DNA from: Bacillota bacterium | GTDB taxonomy: Bacteria > Bacillota > Sulfobacillia > JAJYWN01 > JAJZPE01 | Reading direction: 5' to 3' | Assembly (NCBI GenBank): GCA_021811325.1 | Contig: JAJZPE010000001.1 | Coordinates: 9,049-73,048 of the forward strand | Length of the DNA stretch: 64,000 nt | Shown here: piece after piece, positions 18,561 to 26,770 of the stretch | Position numbering within the stretch: the stretch's first letter is position 1 | Layout: each line of letters opens with the position of its first letter | Made by a program: the position numbers and the translations under genes | Notes under the pieces: model-generated | What the model was told of the DNA's origin: nothing | The model's input: the letters and a program-made list of their open reading frames with translations, nothing else | The model's database searches: none

Positions 18561-18812
18561 TCAGGGTGCGGGCGGTTCCGGCTTCTTGTTCTTCTCGGCC
18601 CGTTCGGCCAACTTCCTTTGCCTTACTTTCTCCCGAACTTGTTCGTCTCGCTTGCGCTCCTGGCGCCTCTCCCGCTCAGTCCCGGCGTGCATGACGTAGA
18701 AGCCGATGACCGAGACGGTCAGGCCCGGCCAGCGCCACTTGAGGATCATGAACGCTCCCGCGAGGGCGATGATCAGGCCGGCCAAGCGCATGTCGAACTT
18801 GAAGTTCTTCAC
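18561..18812 (-). CDS. small membrane protein, hypothetical (two TM segments plus highly charged ER/K-rich C-terminal tail)
   Basis: 'MKNFKFDMRLAGLIIALAGAFMILKWRWPGLTVSVIGFYVMHAG' followed by 'TERERRQERKRDEQVREKVRQRKLAERAEKNKKPEPPAP'; located between hbd and crt. Confidence 0.55.
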   Translation of the reverse strand: MKNFKFDMRLAGLIIALAGAFMILKWRWPGLTVSVIGFYVMHAGTERERRQERKRDEQVREKVRQRKLAERAEKNKKPEPPAP

Positions 18813-18839
18813 TGCCGAAACCTCCCGCCGCCGCCGGCC

Positions 18840-19703
18840 TCACCTGGCCGCCGGTTGATAGTCGTAAAAGCCCTTACCGGTCTTGCGCCCGAGGTACCCG
18901 GCCTTGACCAGCTTGCGCAGGAGCGGGCACGGCCGGTACTTCGAGTCGGCGAAGCCTTCGTACAGGACTTCCAGGATGTACAGGACGGTGTCCAGGCCGA
19001 TCAGGTCGGCCAGGGCCAGTGGCCCCATCGGGTGGTTCATCCCGAGCTTCATCACGTTATCCACGGCCTCGGGGGTGGCCACCCCTTCGTAGACGCAGTA
19101 GATGGCCTCGTTGATCATCGGGATGAGGACGCGGTTGGAAACGAACCCCGGCGAGTCGTTGACGGCCACCGGGACCTTACCCAGCTTCTTCGCCAGGTCC
19201 TCGACGACCCGGTAGGTCTCGTCCGAGGTCTGCAGGCCGCGGATGACCTCGACCAGCGGCATCACCGGGACCGGGTTCATGAAGTGCATCCCGATGACCC
19301 TGTCCGGCCGCTTGGTCGCCGCGGCAATCTCGGTGATGGGCAGGGACGAGGTGTTGGTGGCCAGGATGACCTCGGGCCGGCAGAGCTGGTCGAGCTCCCC
19401 GAAGACCGCCCGCTTGAGGTCCATCTTCTCGACGGCCGCCTCGATGACGATGTCGGCCTCCCTGGCCGGTTCGAGGTCCGTCGTCCCCTTCAGGCGGGCC
19501 ACGGCCGCATCCTTGTCGACCTGGCTCATCCGCCCCTTCTCGACCAACCTGGCCAGGTTCTTGTCGATGGCCGCGAGGCCCTTCTGGACGAAGTTCTCGG
19601 CGATGTCGCGGACGGTGACGTCATATCCGGCCACGGCGGCCACCTGGGCGATGCCCCCGCCCATCTGGCCCGCGCCGATGACCATGACCTTCTTTATCTC
19701 CAC
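18840..19703 (-). CDS. hbd: 3-hydroxybutyryl-CoA dehydrogenase
   Basis: N-terminal Rossmann '[27 protein letters not shown]', '3HCDH' core and C-terminal domain; 287 aa typical of Hbd. Confidence 0.93.
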   Translation of the reverse strand: MEIKKVMVIGAGQMGGGIAQVAAVAGYDVTVRDIAENFVQKGLAAIDKNLARLVEKGRMSQVDKDAAVARLKGTTDLEPAREADIVIEAAVEKMDLKRAVFGELDQLCRPEVILATNTSSLPITEIAAATKRPDRVIGMHFMNPVPVMPLVEVIRGLQTSDETYRVVEDLAKKLGKVPVAVNDSPGFVSNRVLIPMINEAIYCVYEGVATPEAVDNVMKLGMNHPMGPLALADLIGLDTVLYILEVLYEGFADSKYRPCPLLRKLVKAGYLGRKTGKGFYDYQPAAR

Positions 19704-19766
19704 GGTCGGCTGTCCTCCTCGTAGCCGGTGTTGGACTGGGAAGCGGACCGGCGAAGTCGCGGCCTC

Positions 19767-20954
19767 TCACCCGACCCGGAAGACGGTCGCCTCGCCCTGC
19801 CCGCCGCCGCTGCAGATGCCGACCAGGCCGTAGCCGCCGCCGCGCCGGCGCAGTTCGTAGATGGCGGTCATGAGGATGCGGGCGCCGCTGGCCCCGATGG
19901 GGTGGCCGAGGGCGACCGCCCCGCCGTTGACGTTGACCATCTCGGGGTCCCAGCCGCCGAGCTTGATGGCGGTAAGGGTGACGGCCGCAAAGGCCTCGTT
20001 GAACTCGACCACGCTGATGTCCTTCTGGCTGAGCCCGGCCTTCTTGAGGGCCTGCATCCCGGAAAGGTGGGGGACGGTGTGGAGGTAGGGCGGGTCCTGC
20101 GAGACGGCGCCCTGCCCGAGGATGGTCGCCAGGGGCTCGAGCCCGAGCCTCTTGGCCCGCTCCTCGCTCATGACGACGACCGCGGAGGCTCCGTCGGAGA
20201 TCGGGGGCGCGTTGCCCGCCGTCACCAGCCCGTCCTTCTCGAAGACCGGGGGCAGGGCGGCGATCTTTTCGATGGTTGTGTCGGACCGTGGGCTTTCATC
20301 GGTCTCGAAGACGATGGCCGGGCCCTTGCGCTGAGGGATGGGCACCGGAGCGATCTCGTCCTTGAACTTGCCGTCCCTGATGGCCTTGACCGCCCGCTGG
20401 TGGCTGCGGTAGGACCATTCGTCCATCTGCTGCCGGGTGATACCGAACTCGAGGGACACGCGCCCGCCGTGGACGCCCATGTGGCAGTTATGGATGGCGC
20501 ACCAGAGCCCGTCGTGGACGGTGGCGTCGATGACCGCGCCATCCCCGAGCCGGTAGCCGAAGCGGGCCTTGGGTAAGAGGTAAGGGCCCTGCGACATATT
20601 CTCCATGCCGCCGCCGATGATGATCTCGGCGTCGCCGGCCCTGATCATCAGGTCGGCGAGGTTGACGGCCCGAAGGCTCGAGGCGCAGACCTTGTTGATG
20701 GTGTCGGACGGGACCGTGGTCGGCAGGCCGGCCTTGATCGTCGCCTGCCGCGAGGGGACCTGCCCGGCTCCGGCCTGGATGACCTGGCCCATGTAGACGT
20801 AGTCGATTTCGTCGCCCTTCAGACCGGCGCGACGGACCACGTCCTTGATGACGTGACCGCCGAGGTCGACCGCCGGGATGTCCTTGAGGCTTCCCCCGTA
20901 ACCGCCGAAAGGCGTTCTGGCCGCAGCAACGATGACTGAGCGAGGCACGGGCAT
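19767..20954 (-). CDS. acetyl-CoA C-acetyltransferase (thiolase II)
   Basis: 'NKVCASSLRAV' active-site Cys region, 'NVNGGAVALGHPIGASGARIL' and 'GLVGICSGGGQGEA' C-terminal thiolase signatures; 395 aa. Confidence 0.93.
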   Translation of the reverse strand: MPVPRSVIVAAARTPFGGYGGSLKDIPAVDLGGHVIKDVVRRAGLKGDEIDYVYMGQVIQAGAGQVPSRQATIKAGLPTTVPSDTINKVCASSLRAVNLADLMIRAGDAEIIIGGGMENMSQGPYLLPKARFGYRLGDGAVIDATVHDGLWCAIHNCHMGVHGGRVSLEFGITRQQMDEWSYRSHQRAVKAIRDGKFKDEIAPVPIPQRKGPAIVFETDESPRSDTTIEKIAALPPVFEKDGLVTAGNAPPISDGASAVVVMSEERAKRLGLEPLATILGQGAVSQDPPYLHTVPHLSGMQALKKAGLSQKDISVVEFNEAFAAVTLTAIKLGGWDPEMVNVNGGAVALGHPIGASGARILMTAIYELRRRGGGYGLVGICSGGGQGEATVFRVG

Positions 20955-21137
20955 CCTTCCTTTCCCTCTGAATCACGCGTTCGGCGGCCGGGGGCTTGGA
21001 CCGGCCCCGGCCGTACTTCCTTTGATTCGTGCCGTTGGGGACTTAATCCTGCTCGCCACGTTCTCCAGGCTTCGCCGCCGGCGGCGGCGGGCCGACCCGG
21101 CGGCGGCCGCCCCGGTCGACAAGTTTTGTCCGACCTT

Positions 21138-21154
21138 CTGTCAAGGTTTGACAG
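21138..21154. promoter_or_regulatory. inverted repeat CTGTCAA-ggt-TTGACAG in the divergent region between thiolase operon and hypothetical gene
   Basis: Perfect 7-nt arms with 3-nt spacer; ~60 nt upstream of ATG 21207 (+) and ~185 nt upstream of thiolase start (-). Confidence 0.45.
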
Positions 21155-21206
21155 GAACACACCGTCAGAACTCCGAAAACAGGCCCAGAAAAAAGGGGTG
21201 GGGTAG

Positions 21207-21788
21207 TTGGAACTAGAGCTGACGACGGAGACGGTCCACAGCGTCGAGCGGAAGCATCGCGAGGGGCAACGGATGAGGGTCCTCTGCTACGGCCTTTTCT
21301 GTGACCGCACCACCCACGGCGCCTCGAGCTACTACATAAAGGCGCTCTCTCGGGTCTGGGACGGCGCGATCCTGGTCCGCGAGGACCTCGAAACCAGCGG
21401 CGGACTGGGCCAAGACCGCCCGCAGGCGATGGAGGTCATGGCCCGGCTGTGTGAGACCCACGCGCCCGTGCTGCCTCAGCACCTGGGCGATATCGTCCGG
21501 GACATCACCGCCGACCCCGAACGGCACCCGCGCCCTCGACCCGGAGGCGCCGGTCGGCGACCGAGGTCCGCCCCGCCGCTCCAGGCGGTCAGCCATGGGC
21601 GCAGACGGGGGACACCCAGGCGGCGGCGCCCGCCACCATGCCGGCCGGCCGCAGCCCGTCGCCGCCAGGGTCGGGTCGTGTACCTGGACCCGCGCTACGG
21701 GCCCGGGTCCGGGTCGGGGGAAGCCGAGGTAGCCGAGGGTCCGATGGCCGAGGGTCCGACCGATGAGGGCGGTCGGCAGGACCGATGA
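21207..21788 (+). CDS. hypothetical protein (possibly frameshifted/pseudogene at 3' end)
   Basis: The first ~110 codons have strong GC3 bias and a non-repetitive sequence ('MELELTTETVHSVERKHREGQRMRVLCYGLFCDRTTHGASSYYIKALSRVWDGAILVRED...'). After ~21540 the frame becomes Arg/Pro-rich low-complexity text typical of non-coding translation in high-GC DNA. Confidence 0.4.
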   Translation: MELELTTETVHSVERKHREGQRMRVLCYGLFCDRTTHGASSYYIKALSRVWDGAILVREDLETSGGLGQDRPQAMEVMARLCETHAPVLPQHLGDIVRDITADPERHPRPRPGGAGRRPRSAPPLQAVSHGRRRGTPRRRRPPPCRPAAARRRQGRVVYLDPRYGPGSGSGEAEVAEGPMAEGPTDEGGRQDR

Positions 21789-22336
21789 AAAAAACGGACG
21801 ATAGGGTTGTCTCGTTCGCAGGGCGAATATATCCAGAAAGCCGACGGGCGGGCCGGGCTATCGCCGGCCCGGCTATAGCCGAGGCGGCCACGGCAACGAC
21901 CGAGGACCGGCCGCCGGCGACCATGTCGGCGAATCCAGCCAAGGAGGCCTGCCGCGTGTCGGACCTCGGACGGACCCTTCGCCGCCTACGCAAGAGCATG
22001 CGGATGAGCATCTACGACGTGGAGCGGCGGACGGGTCTGCACTTCTCGACGATCAGCAAGTACGAGCGAAACGAACGCCTGCCTAGCCTGCAGGTGCTCA
22101 AGGAGCTGGCCGAGCTGTACGGCGTCTCGCTGGGCAGCCTGGTCGCGGAGGAGAGCGAGGGCGGACTCGCCCCGGACCTGGTGGCCCGGGCCAGGGCCAT
22201 CGGTGCCCGCCCGGATCTCGCCGACCTGTTCGACCTGGCCGAAGAGATGACCGCGGACCAAGTCTCCGGCCTCACCGCCATGCTGCGGTCGATAGGCACC
22301 GGACGCCGCCCGCGCCGGGAGCCCTCAGAGCGGTAG
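21785..22336 (+). CDS. XRE-family helix-turn-helix transcriptional regulator
   Basis: 'LGRTLRRLRKSMRMSIYDVERRTGLHFSTISKYERNERLPSLQVLKELAELYGVSLGSL' is a classic HTH_XRE. An alternative start is ATG 21923. The 3' end converges on and overlaps fdhD. Confidence 0.75.
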   Translation: MKKTDDRVVSFAGRIYPESRRAGRAIAGPAIAEAATATTEDRPPATMSANPAKEACRVSDLGRTLRRLRKSMRMSIYDVERRTGLHFSTISKYERNERLPSLQVLKELAELYGVSLGSLVAEESEGGLAPDLVARARAIGARPDLADLFDLAEEMTADQVSGLTAMLRSIGTGRRPRREPSER

Positions 22337-23161
22337 CACCCGCCAGGGCGCGGAGTAGACGTTCATCCGCCGCCCGCGGACGAAACCGGCCAGGGTCAGG
22401 TTCAGCCGGCCGGCGAGTTCGACCGCCAGGGAGGTCGGGGCCGAACGCGAGGCGACAATGGGGACGCCGCCCCGGACGGCCTTGAGGACGATGTCCGAAG
22501 AGACTCGCCCGGTGACCATCAGGAAGGCCGCCGGCCCGGATCCAGGCCCGGCCTGACCGGAACGGTCGCCGGTTCGGACGATGTGTCCGATGGCTTTGTC
22601 AGCCGCGTTGTGACGGCCGATGTCGTCACGGGTGACGATGGCCGCCCCGTCCGGCCCGGCCAGCACGGCCGTGTGGACCCCACCGGTCGCCCGGAAGAGC
22701 GGCGAGTCGGTCTGCAGGCGCCGCGCCGCTTCGAGGATGGCCGCCGCCGCCACGCCTGAAGGCGGGGCCACGGGGCCAGGCAGAGGCTTCACCTGCAGGG
22801 CGTCGAGGGCGCTGTAAAAGTCGCTCCCCGCCGCTCCGCAGCCGGTCGTGATGACCCGGCGGGCATAGAGCCGGTCGGCCAGGGACACCGGCCTGGCCAG
22901 ACGGACCTCAGCCCGCCCGGCCTCGACCTCCAACCGCAGGCCGGCGACATCGTCGGGGCCGGCGATGAGCCCCTGGCCGAAGAGGAACCCGACGACGAGG
23001 TCCTCGAGGTGCTCCGGCGTACAGAGGAGGGTGGCCAGCTCGTGGCCGTCGATGAAGACGGTCAGCGGGCTCTCCACGGCCACGGAATCCAGGCGTTCCG
23101 CTCGTACGGCCCGGTCGAGGGCGACGACCTCGAACGGCTTCTCCACCGGTAGTTGTGTCAT
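22325..23161 (-). CDS. fdhD: formate dehydrogenase accessory sulfurtransferase FdhD
   Basis: 'RRVITTGCGAAGSDFY' and 'DIGRHNAADKAIGHIV' are FdhD-family motifs. It is the last gene of the fdh cluster. Confidence 0.9.
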   Translation of the reverse strand: MTQLPVEKPFEVVALDRAVRAERLDSVAVESPLTVFIDGHELATLLCTPEHLEDLVVGFLFGQGLIAGPDDVAGLRLEVEAGRAEVRLARPVSLADRLYARRVITTGCGAAGSDFYSALDALQVKPLPGPVAPPSGVAAAAILEAARRLQTDSPLFRATGGVHTAVLAGPDGAAIVTRDDIGRHNAADKAIGHIVRTGDRSGQAGPGSGPAAFLMVTGRVSSDIVLKAVRGGVPIVASRSAPTSLAVELAGRLNLTLAGFVRGRRMNVYSAPWRVLPL

Positions 23162-23342
23162 GGGCTTGGCCTAGGCCGACCTCCAGTCGATGGCCGAAGT
23201 GAGGCGCCCCGTCCCTCCACACCGGTATTATTCTCCAGCCCGGCCAGACCTTCCCGCCGGCGACGACGAAACCTGGCCCCGGCGCCCTGGTGCGCCGCTG
23301 ACCCGGACGGCGGCCGACAAAGCACGTCTCGCAGCCTACGGA

Positions 23343-23373
23343 ACGAGGCCTCACCGCCATGGGGAGGCCTCGT
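23343..23373. terminator. 10-bp GC hairpin (ACGAGGCCTC...GAGGCCTCGT) followed by T-rich tract on the plus strand, between nuoE-like and fdhD
   Basis: 'ACGAGGCCTCaccgccatgggGAGGCCTCGTcttgtcatgttttgtct'. The U-tract is on the plus strand, where no plus-strand gene ends, while the flanking genes are on the minus strand. The stem is symmetric, so it may act bidirectionally. Confidence 0.35.
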
Positions 23374-23412
23374 CTTGTCATGTTTTGTCTTGGGTGAAAT
23401 CTGGCTTACGCC

Positions 23413-23910
23413 TCACTGATACTTCTTCAGCACCTCGGCGACCCTTTTCTTGGTCAGGCGGCCGTAAGTCGTGTCGTTGACCATCATCGCCGGGGACAGC
23501 CCGCAGGCCCCGAGGCAGGCCACGCGCTCCAGGGTAAAGCGCAGGTCCGGCGTGGTCTCGCCGGGACTTACCTTCAACTCGTCGGCGACAGCGCCGAGGA
23601 TGGCCTCGCCGCCCCGAACGTGGCAGGCCGTCCCCAGGCAGACCCGGACGATGTTGCGGCCGCGCGGGTGCAGGTGGAACTGGGCGTAGAAGGTGGCCAC
23701 GCCGTAGACCTTGGACTCGGGTACCTTCAGGAACTTCGCGATCCTGGCCACGGCCGGCCGGGGTAGGTAGCCGTAAGCGTCCTGGGTCTGCTGGAGGATG
23801 GGGATCAGCGCCCCCTTGGCCCCGCGGGACTTCTCCAGAATGGCCTCCAGGGGGGTTGGGTCGAAGACCGGCCCGTTCTCATGGACTTCCTTCTCGGGCA
23901 TGGCGCTCAC
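23413..23910 (-). CDS. NADH:quinone oxidoreductase subunit E-like [2Fe-2S] protein (FDH/hydrogenase gamma subunit, NuoE/HndA family)
   Basis: Thioredoxin-like 2Fe-2S motif 'CLGTACHVRGG...CLGACGLSPAMMVND'; start overlaps fdhA stop (ATGA). Confidence 0.9.
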   Translation of the reverse strand: MSAMPEKEVHENGPVFDPTPLEAILEKSRGAKGALIPILQQTQDAYGYLPRPAVARIAKFLKVPESKVYGVATFYAQFHLHPRGRNIVRVCLGTACHVRGGEAILGAVADELKVSPGETTPDLRFTLERVACLGACGLSPAMMVNDTTYGRLTKKRVAEVLKKYQ

Positions 23911-26759
23911 CTCCGCTCACCTCCGGCGGCGACTTCCTTGGCAACGGCGGCGCGATCGCCGGCCGCCCCGCGGGCAGCCCGCGCGGCCGCTTCCCGTTCG
24001 ACCGCCCAGGTCGGCGCCTCGGCAGCCTTCTCGATCTTCACCGCGGCCACCTTGAACTCGGGGATCTTCGCCTTCGGGTCGACGGCCGGGTTGGTCAGGA
24101 CGTTGGCCGCCGCTTCGGCGAAGTGGAAGGGCATGAAGACGACGCGCTTGCCGGTGATGGACGTGACCCTCGCCCGGGTGACGACGCTGCCGCGGCGCGA
24201 GGTGACCTTGACCCAGTCGCGGTCGGCGATGCCGTGGTAGGCCGCCGTCTCCGGGTTTATCTCGATGTAGCCCTCGGGCCTTATCCAGTTGAGGCCCTTC
24301 GACCGGCGGGTCATCGTCCCGGTATGGTAGTGGAAAAGGATGCGGCCGGTCGACAGGACCAGCGGGTACTCGGTGTCGGTCTCCTCGGCCGCGGGGAGGT
24401 AGTCGATCGCCGCGAACTGGCCGAGGCCGCGGGAGAACTTCTCCCGGTGGAGGACCGGCGTGCCGGGGTGGTCGCGCGTGGCCACCGGCCACTGGAGGCC
24501 CTTGTCGTGGGCGTCGCCGCCCTCGGCGAGGCGGTCCCAGCGCACGCCGGCGTAAATCGGCGTGAGGTCGGCGACCTCGTCCATGATCTGGGCCACCGAC
24601 TGGTAGTCCCAACCGAGGCCCATCCGGCGGGCCAGGTCGTTGAGGATCTCCCAGTCGGCGCGGGCTTCCCCGGGCGGCTCGAGGGCCTTGACCACGAGCT
24701 GCACGCGGCGCTCGGTGTTGGTGAAGGTCCCGTCCTTCTCGGCGAAACAGGTGCTCGGCAGGACGACGTCGGCCAGCCTGGCCGTCTCGGTCAGGAAGAT
24801 GTCCTGGACGACCAGGAAGTCGAGGTCGCCGAGGGCTTCTCTGACGTGGTTGATGTCCGGGTCAGAGACCATCGGGTTCTCGCCCATCACGTAGAGGCCC
24901 TTGATCTCGCCGCGGGCGGCGGCGTTGATGACCTCGGTGACGGTCAGACCGACCTTCTCGGACAGGCTCACGCCCCAGGCCTTCTCGAACTTGGCCTTGG
25001 CCTCGGGGCTCGTCACCGCTTGATAGCCGGGGTAGACGTTGGGCAGGCCGCCGACGTCGCAGGCTCCCTGGACGTTGTTCTGGCCGCGGAGCGGGTTGAC
25101 CCCGGTGCCCTCGCGCCCGATGTTCCCGGTGAGCATCGCCAGGTTGGCGACGGTCTGGACGTTGTCGGTGCCCGTAGTGTGCTGAGTGATGCCCATCGAG
25201 TAAATGATCGCCGAGCGTCCCGCCTTGGCGTAGGTCCGGGCGGCCTCGGTGAGGAGGGCCGCCGGCACGCCGGAGAGGCTCTCGACGTACTCGGGGGTGT
25301 ACTTCTCGACGGTCTTCTTCAGGGCTTCGAAGTTCTCGGTCCGCGCGGCCACGAAGTCCTTGGCGTAGAGGTCGTCGCGGATGATGACGTGCATGAGGCC
25401 GTTGAGGACGGCCACGTCGCTGCCCGGCACCTGCTGCAGGTGGAGGTCGGCCAGCTCGGCCAGGTCCACCCGGCGCGGGTCGACGACGATCAGCCTGGCC
25501 CCGTTCCGCTTGGCCTTCTTGACCTGGAGGCCGATGACCGGGTGGGCCTCGGTGGTGTTCGAGCCGATGATGAAGACGCACTTGGACTGGGCGATGTCGT
25601 CGATGGAGTTGGTCATCGCCCCGCTGCCGAAGGAACTGGCCAGCCCGGCCACGGTGGAAGCGTGGCAGAGGCGGGCGCAGTGGTCGATGTTGTTGTTGCC
25701 GAAGCCCTGGCGGACCAGCTTCTGCAAGAGGTAGTTCTCTTCGTTGGTGCACTTGGCCGAGGTGAAGCCGGCCAGGGCGGCCGCGCCGTGCTTGGCCTTG
25801 ATCTCCCCGAGGCGCTTGGCCACCAGGCCGAGGGCCTCGTCCCAGGAGACCTCGACGAACTCACTCTCCCGGGCGGCCTTACCGCGCCGGCCTTCCAGGA
25901 CGGCCTTACGGACCAAAGGCTTCTTCAGGCGGTCCGGGCTCTGGATGAACTCGAAGCCGAAGCGGCCCTTGACGCAGAGCTTGTTGTGGTTGGCCGGGCC
26001 GTCGGCCGGGTCGACCCCGACGACCTTGCCGTCCCGGTTGATGACCAGTTCGATGGCGCAGCCGACGCCGCAGTACGGACAGACCGTGCGGACCCGCTTG
26101 AGTTCCCACGAACGGCCCTGCCCGACGCGGCTCTTGGGCTGGAGGGCCCCCGTCGGGCAGACGGTCACGCAGTTGCCGCAGAAGACGCAGGGCGACTCCT
26201 CGATGGGCACGTCGTAGGACGTGGTCACCTTGGCCTTGAAGCCGCGCCATGAGTAATCTACGGCCCCGATGCCCATGACCTCGGCGCAGGTCCGGATGCA
26301 GCGCCCGCAGACGATGCACTTGTCGTGGTCGCGGACGAAGAACGGGTTCGAGTCGTCGGGGACGTGGTGCTTGCGCTCGCCCTTGTAAGAATCGGCCCGG
26401 GCGCCGTAGACGTAGGCGTACTCCTGGAGCTTGCAGTCGCCGTTCTTCTCGCAGGTCAGGCAGTCCTGCGGGTGGTTGGCCAGGAGCAGCTCGAGGGTCA
26501 TCCGGCGGTACTTGCGGATCTTCTCGGTGTTCGTCCGGACGACCATGCCCTCGGCCGCCGGCGTCGCGCACGAGGCCGGCAGGCCGCGCATCTTCTCGAT
26601 CTCGACGATGCACAGGCGGCAGGCCCCGACGGCCGTCAGCTCGGGGTCGTAGCAGAGGCGCGGGATGTCCACGCCGAGCTTGGCGGCGGCCTCGAGGACG
26701 TTGGTCCCTGCCGGGACGCTGACGGGCCTGCCGTCGATAGTCAGGTTCACTTCGGCCAT
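23907..26759 (-). CDS. fdhA: formate dehydrogenase catalytic (alpha) subunit, Mo/W-bis-MGD enzyme with N-terminal [2Fe-2S]/[4Fe-4S] domains; cysteine (not selenocysteine) variant
   Basis: The true start is ATG 26759 ('MAEVNLTIDGRPVSVPAGTNVLEAAAKLGVDIPRLCYDP...'). It has a plant-type 2Fe-2S domain, 4Fe-4S motifs and 'CPYCGVGC', followed by the molybdopterin oxidoreductase region. The active-site 'HCARLCHASTVAGL' carries Cys where FdhF has Sec. The table N-terminal extension reads through nuoF-like in another frame. Confidence 0.92.
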   Translation of the reverse strand: MAEVNLTIDGRPVSVPAGTNVLEAAAKLGVDIPRLCYDPELTAVGACRLCIVEIEKMRGLPASCATPAAEGMVVRTNTEKIRKYRRMTLELLLANHPQDCLTCEKNGDCKLQEYAYVYGARADSYKGERKHHVPDDSNPFFVRDHDKCIVCGRCIRTCAEVMGIGAVDYSWRGFKAKVTTSYDVPIEESPCVFCGNCVTVCPTGALQPKSRVGQGRSWELKRVRTVCPYCGVGCAIELVINRDGKVVGVDPADGPANHNKLCVKGRFGFEFIQSPDRLKKPLVRKAVLEGRRGKAARESEFVEVSWDEALGLVAKRLGEIKAKHGAAALAGFTSAKCTNEENYLLQKLVRQGFGNNNIDHCARLCHASTVAGLASSFGSGAMTNSIDDIAQSKCVFIIGSNTTEAHPVIGLQVKKAKRNGARLIVVDPRRVDLAELADLHLQQVPGSDVAVLNGLMHVIIRDDLYAKDFVAARTENFEALKKTVEKYTPEYVESLSGVPAALLTEAARTYAKAGRSAIIYSMGITQHTTGTDNVQTVANLAMLTGNIGREGTGVNPLRGQNNVQGACDVGGLPNVYPGYQAVTSPEAKAKFEKAWGVSLSEKVGLTVTEVINAAARGEIKGLYVMGENPMVSDPDINHVREALGDLDFLVVQDIFLTETARLADVVLPSTCFAEKDGTFTNTERRVQLVVKALEPPGEARADWEILNDLARRMGLGWDYQSVAQIMDEVADLTPIYAGVRWDRLAEGGDAHDKGLQWPVATRDHPGTPVLHREKFSRGLGQFAAIDYLPAAEETDTEYPLVLSTGRILFHYHTGTMTRRSKGLNWIRPEGYIEINPETAAYHGIADRDWVKVTSRRGSVVTRARVTSITGKRVVFMPFHFAEAAANVLTNPAVDPKAKIPEFKVAAVKIEKAAEAPTWAVEREAAARAARGAAGDRAAVAKEVAAGGERR

Positions 26760-26770
26760 CTCGCTCCCCC

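Noticed and set aside
21138-21154. Canonical Rex operator upstream of thl-hbd-crt
   Set aside because: The half-sites resemble Rex boxes, but the spacer is 3 nt rather than 4 and the arms are TGTCAA rather than TGTGAA/TGTTAA. I report it only as a generic inverted repeat.
23907-26759. Selenocysteine (TGA recoding) in formate dehydrogenase
   Set aside because: The fdhA frame is uninterrupted and has Cys at the FdhF Sec position. No SECIS-like hairpin is needed, so I call it a Cys-type enzyme.
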